Origin: Octopus sinensis | Lineage: Eukaryota | DNA length: 64,000 nucleotides | Assembly: GCF_006345805.1 (NCBI RefSeq) | Contig: NC_043015.1 | Span: 34,286,001 to 34,350,000, forward strand | Direction: 5' to 3' | Part shown: positions 39,148 through 49,989 of the stretch, piece after piece | Layout: each line of letters begins with the position of its first letter | Numbering within the stretch: position 1 is the stretch's first letter | The notes under the pieces: model-generated | The model's input: the letters and a program-made list of their open reading frames with translations, nothing else | What the model was told of the DNA's origin: nothing | Databases searched by the model: none | Program-made: the position numbers and the translations under genes

Positions 39148-39793
39148 GTGAGTGTAGCAGAATAGCTATCATTAAAATAATTATTAATTATTTCACTCCA
39201 AAAATATATACCTGACTTCATTGTTAATCAATTTCCATTGAGATACTGGCTAGAATTAAAGACTGTCATAAAATGTTAATCTTTTAATATATTTTAGAAA
39301 TACATTGAATTAGTCTTCACTACAGTTTCCATCAAAAGGATAAGGAAAAAAACCCTCCTGAATAGGAATATTGGTGTGTCATAATTTAGTTTCCCAGAAA
39401 AATCTGGCATTTATTCCTAACTTCTGAGGTGAACTGAAGTAATTTTTTGTTCCAGAGACACAATCAACTCCAGTTATGGATTTGATCTCATTATTAATTT
39501 TATCATAATAACTTGAATAAGAACTCTTCTGAAACAGCCATTTTTGATGCTGGCCAAGTGACATCTAATCATGTGCTGATTCTAATTCAGTGATTCTCAA
39601 TCATTTTTTTCCTGTGAATCCCTTTGATTCCTATTTTACTCCACTGGACACCCCATCCCTAGCCATTTGAAATTGTAAAAAAATCCCCTTATATTTTTAT
39701 TATTGAATATTATTAGGAATTGCATGAGAAAACTTTATAAATATTTTGTGTATTGTAGAAGTTATAAGCAATTTATTGCAGATAAATTTTAAC

Positions 39794-39834
<41 letters not shown>

Positions 39835-40241
39835 TATCCATCCTCATCCAAAGTGCTATATTGTGGGATAAAATCTGGAACCACATTATTGTGAAATGAC
39901 TTACTTAACCAAACAGTTGTGCTTGTTCAATAAATGTCATTCAATTTGTGATCATCCTGTCTGTTTGTAAATATATTTATAACTATATTGGCCAAAGTGT
40001 ACTTATATTTCTTAAGACAATATGGTGTAATTTACTGGAGATTTGGCAGCTATTTCTAGCATGTCTTATTATCTTACCATGGGTATATCTTAACAAATAG
40101 TAGGCTCATGAATGAAGATAAAGTCTTCGATGGGAACTCTGTTTATTCTGGTGCTGTAGCCATTGAAGAGTTGCCATTATGACGAGAATCTCCATCATTT
40201 AGCAAATGATTTCTTTTGAAATGTGTCTTTTCCCAAATTAG

Positions 40242-40422
40242 GTGCTGACCCCACAAGGTTCAAGAATGGACATACGTCTGCCAAGTATTTCATCGTCAAT
40301 CCATTCTGGTCGAGATATTAGAAAGACCATTGCTGGAATAAACCAACCAGTTCAAGAATCCATTTCTGGTATCCCTGGAACTACAAATCTACAGAACGAA
40401 AATGATGATGAAGAAGACATTG
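40242..40422 (+). CDS. bves: Popeye gene coding exon 6 (C-terminal tail)
   Basis: aaattAG ends 40241 (phase 0); strong donor G|GTAAGG at 40423 (phase 1). VLTPQGSRMDIRLPSISSSIHSGRDIRKTIAG...ENDDEEDI. Confidence 0.8.
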
Positions 40423-41131
40423 GTAAGGAGATTCAGGCGCAAAGTCAGACATTTTACTCGAGTTCAGTATTTCTTGTGTATTTTATATTTTACAACAGGG
40501 TAACATGACAAAAACATACTTGCAGGCACATATACGCACATACATAAACACATACATAAACACGTACTCAAATATTAAGCATTTGGTAATTAGATCCCAA
40601 ATTCTGACAGAATTTGTAGAAATATTATAGTCATCATCATCATCATCATCAGGTGATGGTGGTGGTGGTGGTGGTGAAGATGGTGGTGATGACAATGGTG
40701 ATGGTGGTGGAGTCGGTGATGATGCACTAATTTTTCCTAACAAATTCATTAGTACTGTGTTACTATTTTGTTTGTAGTATTAGCCTTGTGATAGTATGTT
40801 GTTAGTTTTATGTTAATGATAGTATTTTGTTAGTGTTTGGTTAGTGTTGTGTAATTATGGACTTATATTGTTACAGTTTTGTTGTATTGTTATGTTGTTG
40901 TGACACTAATTGCTTTCTCAATCAGCATGGTGTTATTGTGTCATTAAAATGCTGTTAGTATTGTGTTATGTTATTAGTGTAGTATTATCTCATTGTTATT
41001 AGTGTGTTGTATGGTCAGTATGGTGTTGACATGACATAACTATCATATTATAACCACATCGATGTCATCCCAATGTGGTGTTTCTGTGCTGTTGGCATGT
41101 TGTTAATACTGTTGATAATTGCGTTAGTGTC

Positions 41132-41316
41132 AGGCAGTGAGCTGGCAGAATTGTTAGCAAAGCCAGGCAAAAAGTTTTGCAGCATTTGCTCTGTCTTTGC
41201 ATTCTGAGTTCAAATGCCATCAGGGTTGACTTTACTTTTGGTCCCTTCAGGTCCAATAAAATAAGTACCAGTTGAACACTGGGGTTGATGGAATCAATTT
41301 GACCCTTCCCCAAAAA
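41132..41316 (+). mobile_element. Older SINE copy (same family as 38398), CpG-decayed
   Basis: AGGCAGTGAGCTGGCAGAATTGTTAGCA...TTCTGAGTTCAAAT...AAAATAAGTACCAGTTG, with CG replaced by TG or CA. Confidence 0.8.
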
Positions 41317-42832
41317 TAATTATGTTAATTTGTTGTCAATGAGAATATACGTTTCTGATAACATTTCTCATCTCGAATTGGCCGTATGGCAACATCAGAA
41401 CCATTTTATCAAAGAACCTCAGTGGTCAATCTGCAACATTGTAGACAACACAGTTTTATTAATCTCACAACTGAAACTAATATATTACAAATATTTTAGA
41501 CAATTGATATATTACAGAAAAACTGTAAACTCTAAAATCTCCGTAATTCTGATCTGTTTCAAGATGTTAATGCTACCATTCCTCTCTGAATGCAACAGAT
41601 ATGTTCTTACAATGATATAATACTTGTAGACTTCCAAATATTCCATAATAATACTGTGCTATAATGAAAATGAAAGTTATTGATTGATGACAAAATTCTT
41701 TGCATTTTGTGTTTTGTGTGCCAAGATGCTATCATGGGAAAATGGCCATTACTAATTAGGAACATAGAATCCTGATATAGCTAATTAGTGGTAATTAAAT
41801 TATTGCAAATACTGAATGGTGTCAATATAACCTTAGTTTGTAAACTAGATCCATTAGATTATGTGTTCACACAGCAGACAAAGGTGTTGTAGAGAAACTA
41901 CAAGAAATATGGAAAAATAGATTTAATTCTCTAATTTATTTTGGTGAGAGTTTGTTAAAGTTCAAGTTGAGTCAGTGAGATAGATTCCTTTCTTGATGGT
42001 TACTTTTTCCTTTCACTTATAATTTCAATATCAGAAAAGGCAAAAGAACATACAGATAGTTTTTAAAACATCAATTAGAGTAATTTAACTGCCTGCTAAT
42101 TGATATCGAAGGACATTATGTCAATTAGACACTACATGTTTGATAGTATTGGATCGTGTACTGGTGGGTTGTAGTAATACAACCCACTAATTGATAGTGG
42201 TGCGTAATAATAGTATAGTGGCAGTGTGTAGTGTGGGGATGACTGTGGTCATTGGCTGTGGGAATGGGGTAGTTTGGCTGCTGTTTCTGATAGTCAAACA
42301 TCCATCTGTTGTTGATTCTTGGGTCATGAGTTGTGTTGTGTGGAGTAGTGTGGTGTGGAGTGGTGTGGTGTAGTGCAATGGTGTAATGGAGTGGTACAAT
42401 GAAGGAGTGTGGAGTGCTGTGGTAGTTATGGTATGGGTACATAATATAATGAGGTTAAAATTGTTATGATTTATGTATGCATAACTGTTTGAAACTGAGA
42501 ACTCATTCTGTCACTACTCAGAGTTTCTTAGTGGGACCTTAATGACTGTATGTAGCAAGAAATTCTGAACAGAGGTGGAGCATATCACCAGCTTTGAAGA
42601 TATAAATAAACATACTCTACCACATGTATTGAGGACTTTTACTTTTGTTTCTGTTAAAATAAACACATACACCTCACATACACAAATATTGTGTACATAT
42701 ATACACTCATATTTATCCATCCACTCTTTTCGGAACTATCAACAGTGAGAAGAAGCAGGGCAGCTACCACCAAAATGGCAGACAGGAAGGTGAACAACAA
42801 TCCAGCTATAGTTTATTGCTAACACTCTATCC

Positions 42833-42909
<77 letters not shown>

Positions 42910-43089
42910 CTGTCTGTCTGTCTATTTACCTATCTATTTATCTATCTATATAACTAATATATATATATATATATATATATATTTACATATTCTGCATCCT
43001 TCATCTTGATTGACTCTTCACTTCCTCAGACCTTCAACTCTTTCAATTCTAGTTGCCATACATGAAATATCTTTATACAGAATTCCTCT

Positions 43090-43820
43090 CTTATCTGTCA
43101 ATGGCATGTCAATGCTATTTCAATGGTATCACAATGGTATGTCAATGATATGTCAATAATAAGTCAATGAATGTGAGTGATGTCAGTGGTATGTCTGTAA
43201 CTGGTCAGTAATGTATCAATGGTATACCATTGACTTGCCATTAAAAATTCTTTCCTGTAGTCAGCATGTTGTTTGCTACTATACCATTCCATAAACCTGA
43301 TACTTGAATGATATGCATGGTATTTTCTTTCTCTCTCTGTGATATGCAGTTATTATTAGTATGTTACTGGTATGCTATCAGATGTACAGTAGGCTAATCG
43401 TACGCCATTTGTATGTTTTCTTTATTCTAATGCTATACCATTTCATGTTCCAACATTTCTAGAGTATTACACTACTGATATAATCAATGGTATAATGCTC
43501 ATATAACCAAAATAAGATATGGATATATAATATACAATTTCTATACCCAAGGTATGATCTGGTTCTATCATGCATTGACTAAGGTATAGTTTGGTATATT
43601 CTATAGTATATCCGATAGTATGCAAATGCATTACTTACTGATATACCATTGTTATAGCTAATGGTAACTTGTCATTTTACTCAGTAGTGTTATTCTACTG
43701 GTTTACAAATAACATTTCCCCCAACGAAATGCTATAACCAGTGGTACATCATTTTTATAACCAGTGGTATGTCATTGTTATAACCAACCATATATTATTA
43801 ATATTATAATCAATGGTATG
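43090..43820. repeat. Degenerate ~11-bp array (TCAATGGTATG / ATACCATTG), both orientations
   Basis: tcaatggcatg tcaatgctatt tcaatggtatc acaatggtatg..., with reverse units ataccatt appearing later. Confidence 0.65.
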
Positions 43821-43915
43821 ACAGTGGAAAGTGTCTAGAAACAAGAATCTCATTTGAATGTTGTCATAAATGTTAAGATTGAACTAGTTTCTAACAATTA
43901 TTCAACACTAGTATG

Positions 43916-43946
<31 letters not shown>

Positions 43947-44833
43947 ACTATTACTAATGTTATTGCTTCTGCGAATACTACTGCTAATACTAATCATTCT
44001 ACTACTAATACTTCTACTACTATTATTGCTGTTCTTGCTTATATGTTAGCATGGTCCCAACGATTATTATCAGCTATAATAGTTGTGTTTATCAACTTCT
44101 TCCCATTTTCTTGATTTTCTTGTTGCTTGTTTGTTTGTTTTTTCTTTGTCTCCCATTCCTGTGTCTCAACACCAAAAGGTAGAGGTAAACATCTCGCCCA
44201 AGGTGTAGCAGGTTATACATGCCTATGTGATCCTGTGTCTCAGCATCACAAAGCAGAGTTAAACATTTGACCCAGGGTAGAGCAAGTTATACATATACCC
44301 ATGTGAATCTTAACATACTCTGTTACTCACATCAGCATCACTGAATGTCTCATGCATTCATCCACCCCAGACCTTAAATACCTACCCAACACAGACTTAT
44401 TCCCACTTATCACCACACCCCATATTCTTATTTCTCTCAGAGCCTGAAACAACCAGAGAACAAAAAAATATCATAGAAACTCTACATTTTTCTTCCTCCC
44501 CTCCACCCTGCTGCCTCTTCCTCCTCTTGATTATATAATTCAGTGGCATGGAAAAGCACCTGGCACATTCTGTAATACAGTTGGTGTTAGGAAGGGCATC
44601 AAGCCTTTAAAAACTATGCCAAAGCTGACATTGGGACTTGATGTGACTTTACTACACATCAGCTTCTGTCAGACCATCCGACCCATGCCAGCATGGAAAG
44701 CAGACATTAAATGATGATGACATGTACAGACACTCCCAGTGTTACAGAAGCTTTGAACTCATAAAAACCTTGTCATTAACATGGAATTTTTGTAATGCAA
44801 GACCTTTCATGTCACATGGGGAATGCCTGTGTG

Positions 44834-44884
<51 letters not shown>

Positions 44885-45308
44885 TGTGTGTGTGTGTGTA
44901 CATGAACGCATACATACACACACACACACAATAGCAACATTGTATCGACATAATATTTATATTAGAAACAACTGCATTTCTATATTTTTGAAAATATCAA
45001 TTAAGAAATTATTAAGAAATAAATGAATTACATTGAAATAAAAATTGTGAAATTGCAATGGTATTATTCTGTGGTTTAAAATGATTTTTCTATTTATTTA
45101 TTTAAAAATAAAGACTGAAAAATTAAATAAATCGAGAGATAAAGACTGAAAAGAAGCGAAACAAAGGAAGTTAATAATTTAATTATGAATATGAAAATAG
45201 AATTAGTTTACTTTATATATAATGTACAATATACATATATATATATATATGTATGTATGTATGTGTGTGTGTAAAATAATTATTTGTAGCAGAAGCAGCA
45301 TGAATGCC

Positions 45309-45810
45309 AAAAGGCAATCTTTATATCCAACTTAATGTGGATGTATTGTTAGAGGACCAAATACCGCATTATTTACCTTGAAATAACCTCTCATACGGGT
45401 GCATGGTGCATATAACTATATTGCTGGTCAATGAGAATCATGTACTACATGTGCCAGAACTGCCAGGTCACATGACTTTGACACGACCCATCTTTTCAGT
45501 AGCAGACATCCAGTAACTACATACTAACCAAATCTCATTGCCAGCAATAAATGAGATCTCTTTATCTATATTACAGGCAGTGAGACTTGGCTTGTATGCA
45601 GCCATTGGAATATCTGCTGCTAAAGAGGCAGGCAACATTGAAATCCCATGAGCTGGCAGTGCCAACATTCTTAGCACATGGTCCTCGTCTGCCAGAAACG
45701 TAAATACGTGTGCTTTTATCCATATGACGGGGTTTTATCTGGGTAAATAATGCAGTGCTTTGCCCTCTAACAATACATCCACATTAAGTTGGATATATAG
45801 ATTGCCTTTT
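45309..45810. mobile_element. Fold-back MITE-like element with ~90-bp terminal inverted repeats
   Basis: AAAAGGCAATCT(T/A)TATATCCAACTTAATGTGGATGTATTGTTAGAGG at 45309 and its reverse complement ending 45810 (1 mismatch in the first 47 bp); pairing continues to about 90 bp. Confidence 0.8.
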
Positions 45811-45924
45811 ATATGTATTTGTGTATGTGTATCCACATTATTTGAAAAAATCAGTTTTATTACAATTCTTGTCTGTGTTTTCTTTTATTAGTGTTGCCAT
45901 GAATTATTCCATCTCTTGTTGCAG

Positions 45925-46055
45925 ACGTGTTCCAAGAAAACGGTGAAAAGGTGGAGCTGCTAAATGGCCATGTTAATAACTGTCGCAAGAATATGAACTT
46001 GGGACATTGTTCCATGAAGTCCTCTAGAACGAGTGATGTCCGTTTTGAGTTGTAA
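45925..46055 (+). CDS. bves: Popeye gene last coding exon (to stop)
   Basis: ctcttgttgcAG ends 45924. The phase-1 join G|AC gives ...DDEEDIDVFQENGEKVELLNG...SDVRFEL*, recalling the POPDC1 tail EDDDDVFE. TAA at 46053-46055. Spliced total is 389 aa. Confidence 0.75.
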
Positions 46056-46431
46056 ATTTGCTTTCACTCAAACTGCAGATGTATTCAAAAACGTGTATCT
46101 GTATGTATCTATGTATATATGTATGCATATGTGTATGTATGTATGTATGTATGTAAGTATGTATATGTGTCTGTATAATGCTCGTTTGTATATACATATG
46201 TACATGTGTATGCTTACTTATGCATGTATGCATGTATACCTGTGTGTACTTGCCTATGTTTAGAAAACCATAAGTATTTAAATGTACATATGTCTGAGTG
46301 TATGAGTGCATGTGTATGTTGTAAGTGTACATACATGCATACATACAGGCATTCAGACATACATACATTCATACATACATACAGACATACATACATAAGC
46401 ATCAAGGTTACAGACTCACAAACTTTCACAT

Positions 46432-46469
<38 letters not shown>

Positions 46470-47710
46470 ACACAATGTTTACAAAAAAGGTGTTAATTAT
46501 TTATTTTCTACTTAGATATTGTTGAGGTGATAGATTAATAGATAATAATGTTTTGTGGTGTTTGTTGATAAAATGTAAAAAATGATGGCATTGATAATGC
46601 TTTGTTAAAATGATACAAAAATAATATGGTTTAATCATATGGTTTAATAGATAAAGATGATAATGTCTTATGATAAAATATATGGAGGAATGATGTTTCA
46701 AAATGAAGAAATATATTATAATGATCAATGCTCAAGTTTGTAGAGTGGTGATTATGTTCATTGGTAAAATTTATTAACATCACTGTCTTCTGATAAAATA
46801 TAGCAAAGTGATAATGGCCTTTAATGAAATATTAAAATGTTGACAGTTGATACCATTTAATTTGAGAACAGAGAAACAATGTCGTTAATATCTAACTGAG
46901 AAATATAAAGAGGCAATAATTTTCATGATACAATACAGTGAAATAACAAGATATTATGGTCAATATGGGATTGCATTTCATGGTTTAATATAGTGAGATG
47001 ATATGATGGAAATGTTTAAGGAAGAGGTGTACAATGGCTGAAGGTTTAATAATTTTGATTTTTAAGATAAGACCAAGAAATGGAAGGTTCAGAAAACTGT
47101 GTCCAAAACAAATATATTTCTATTTGCCCTTCAAAATTTATGTGAAAATATTCAAGTTTTATTGCTAAAAAAAAGATGTTTTTGAGAAAAAAACATTTGA
47201 CATAATAAAGCAAAATGACTGAAAAGAATCTAAGATTTTGTTTCAAGAAACAATATATTTTTCTGAGTCCTGAATTTTAAACTTGACATCTTTAGCTGTA
47301 CAACTTAATGTAATTTGTTCCCAGTCTAACTAAAGTGGGAGGATTGTGGGAGGAATATCACAACAAAGTTGATTTTCACAAATGTCCACTCACTTTTTCA
47401 CTCTTCTACTTTCATTCTTGAGAGAATCAAAAGATATATTTCATGTTTTACTGTTGAGAAAAGGGTTCAGCATTTTTTTTTTTTTGCACTGTACTATTTT
47501 GTTTCTTTATTCACCTTGTTTTTGTTGTTGTTGTTGCTATTCATTTTGTTGAAACATGGAATAAGACAAAATAAATAATATTTCCATCGCAGAAAACACT
47601 TGGGTGAAATCTTAAATTAGCTTCTTGAAAAGGATGAATGCATGATGCACCAAGAGGAATATTTCTGGTGCTGGACAAATAAAATGCTCTGCAATATTTC
47701 TTCCAGTCTT

Positions 47711-47930
47711 AAGGCAACGAAATGGTAGAACCATCAGTATGCCAGACAAAATGCTTAGTGGCATTTCATCTGTCTTTATGTTCTGAGTCCAAATTCCACT
47801 GAAGTCGACTTTGCCTTTCATCCTTTCAGGGTCAATGAAATAAGTACCAGTTATGCACTGGGGTCGATGTAATCGACTTACCCACTCCCCCTAAACTTGC
47901 TGGCCTTGTGCCAAAATTTGAAATCAATAT
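47711..47930 (+). mobile_element. SINE (abundant family)
   Basis: AAGGCAACGAAATGGTAGAA...CAAAATGCTTAGTGGCATTTC...GACTTTGCCTTTCATCCTTTC...GGGGTCGATGTAATCGAC. Confidence 0.85.
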
Positions 47931-48174
47931 TTCTACCTGTCTTTTATGTTCTGAATTCAAATCCTACCAAGGAGTTGGTAACATAAACTAAAAGGGAAGA
48001 TATTTTTCAGGTGTTTCTACAGAGTGGACAGTGTCCAGTTTATTGTGCTTTATGTCCAGTTCTTGTGTTGACAATGTTTCTTTTTTTTTTTGTTTTTTGC
48101 TGAACCAATACCAAATAACAACTACAGCAACAACAATATTGACAATAATAATGACAGTTATGCTGCTTCACAAG

Positions 48175-48233
<59 letters not shown>

Positions 48234-48575
48234 CCTTTCTACTATAAGCACAAGGCCTGAATTTTGGGGGGAGGGGTTAAGTCGATTACGTCGACCCCGG
48301 TGTTTCATTGATACTTAATCTATTGACCCTGAAAGGAAAAAAGGCAAAGTCAACCTTGGCAGAATAATAATAATAACGATCATGATGATGAGAAGAAGGA
48401 GGAGGAGGAGGAGGATTTAGGCACTGGGCCAGCAATTTTGAAGTGGAGGGTTTAGTTCATTACGTATTATTTGATTGCTTATATATTTTGTCAATCCTGG
48501 TTTGATGAAAAGCTAAGTTGACCTCCGTGGGATTTGAATTCAGAACACAAAGAAGTGGAAGAAATACTGCCAGGC
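48234..48575 (-). mobile_element. Two SINE fragments (abundant family), reverse orientation
   Basis: AAGTCGATTACGTCGACCCC...GACCCTGAAAGG..AAAGGCAAAGTCAACC; a second copy lies at about 48415-48575. Confidence 0.7.
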
Positions 48576-48773
48576 ATTTCTATTCCAAAGTTAAGTCTTC
48601 AATATCCTTTTTTATATTTTAGCTTTGAGTAAATGACAGATTTAACTGAATTTCATTTGCTTTCATCCACTTATTTACATTTTCTTTTCATTTAAATCTC
48701 CCCCAAGTTATTCTTTGTCATGTTGGGCATCAAGACCATGACCACTCTGCCCTAAAATATAGAATAGTGACTA

Positions 48774-48893
48774 GCTTACGGCCATATCACGTTGAAAGCA
48801 CCGGTTCTTGTCCGATCACCGAAGTTAAGCAACGTTGAGCCTAGTTAGTACTTAGATGGGTGACCGCTTGGGAAACCCAGCGGCTGTAAGTAT
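48774..48893 (+). rRNA. Solitary 5S rRNA gene copy, probably a pseudogene
   Basis: GCTTACGGCCATATCACGTTGAAAGCACCGGTTCTTGTCCGATCACCGAAGTTAAGCAACG...TTAGTACTTAGATGGGTGACCGCTTGGGAA...GCTGTAAG, about 120 nt. Helix I pairs. Helix V is mismatched (CCTAG/CCAGC), the C box has G>A, and no T-run terminator follows. Confidence 0.9.
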
Positions 48894-49272
48894 TGTTTAC
48901 ATCCTCATGCCCAACACCTTTAATATTTCAATTTCAAAAGCCTCATATTTTGGTGGTTTTTCCACCTCTTTCGGGGCAATATTCTTGTCAGAAGGGATTG
49001 CAATGTTTATCAGTGTGTTTGTGTTTGATATCAATTGTGAACATTCTGCACAAATTGCTTTGTGGCATTTTGTCCAGCATTATGTTCTGAATTCAAATGC
49101 TGCTGAGGTCAACTTTACCTTTTGTCCTTTTGGGGTTGATGTAACTGGCTAACCCCTCCCCACCAAATTTCAGGCCTTGTGCCTCTAGTAGAAAAGATTA
49201 TTATTATTATTATCATTGCTATTATTATCATCATCATCATCATCATCATCATTATTATTATTATTATTATTA

Positions 49273-49315
<43 letters not shown>

Positions 49316-49838
49316 GAATGAGATAGCAGTGCATGCCATCAAAGTGACACTGGAATACAAATTCATGAAGCCCAAAATGTCCATGACTACCCTTCTGATA
49401 AGGGTACACTAGGCACATGCATCAGAACCATATGTGCATGACATGATAATCTCATATCAAGATAAACAGTGCATGACCTTATAGGTGGGGGTCCAGTTAG
49501 AAATTTTTCCAGGTCATCCAACTCAAAAGGTCCCTGAATAAGGATTGTTTAAGGATAATGAATGAAACACTCATGTTCCAGGGGGGAATTTTTCAAACCA
49601 CAAAGAATTCCTCTCAGCACATTGGCTATGATGCTCCCCACTACTTCTGCTCCTGATCAAAGATGCACATATCGTCAGCCACTAAGTGACAGGCTCAACT
49701 AGTTAAAGTCAAACAACTGACATGTAAATCTGTGGTGTTTAGCAGAATATTTGCTGTAGCACATCTTTTATACCAAGACAAAACAATGTACATGATAACA
49801 CTTCCAATCAGTTAAGATCAGAAGCAGTGAGAGTTACT

Positions 49839-49967
49839 GCCTGGTACTGCATCAGGGCATAGCCACTGTCTGGTACTATATCAGGGTATTGCCATAGCCC
49901 GGTATTGTAGCAGAGCATAGCTAATGCCTAGTACTGCATCACGGCATTGCCACAGCCTGGTTTTGCA
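49839..49967. repeat. 29-bp tandem repeat, 4.5 units with A/B alternation
   Basis: Units start at 49839, 49868, 49897, 49926 and 49955 (GCCTGGTACTGCATCAGGGCA...). Confidence 0.85.
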
Positions 49968-49989
49968 CTATATTTTATCCCCTGTTTAG

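Noticed and set aside
49839-49967. CRISPR-like array of 29-bp repeats
   Set aside because: The units are contiguous with no unique spacers, the DNA is eukaryotic, and there are no cas genes.
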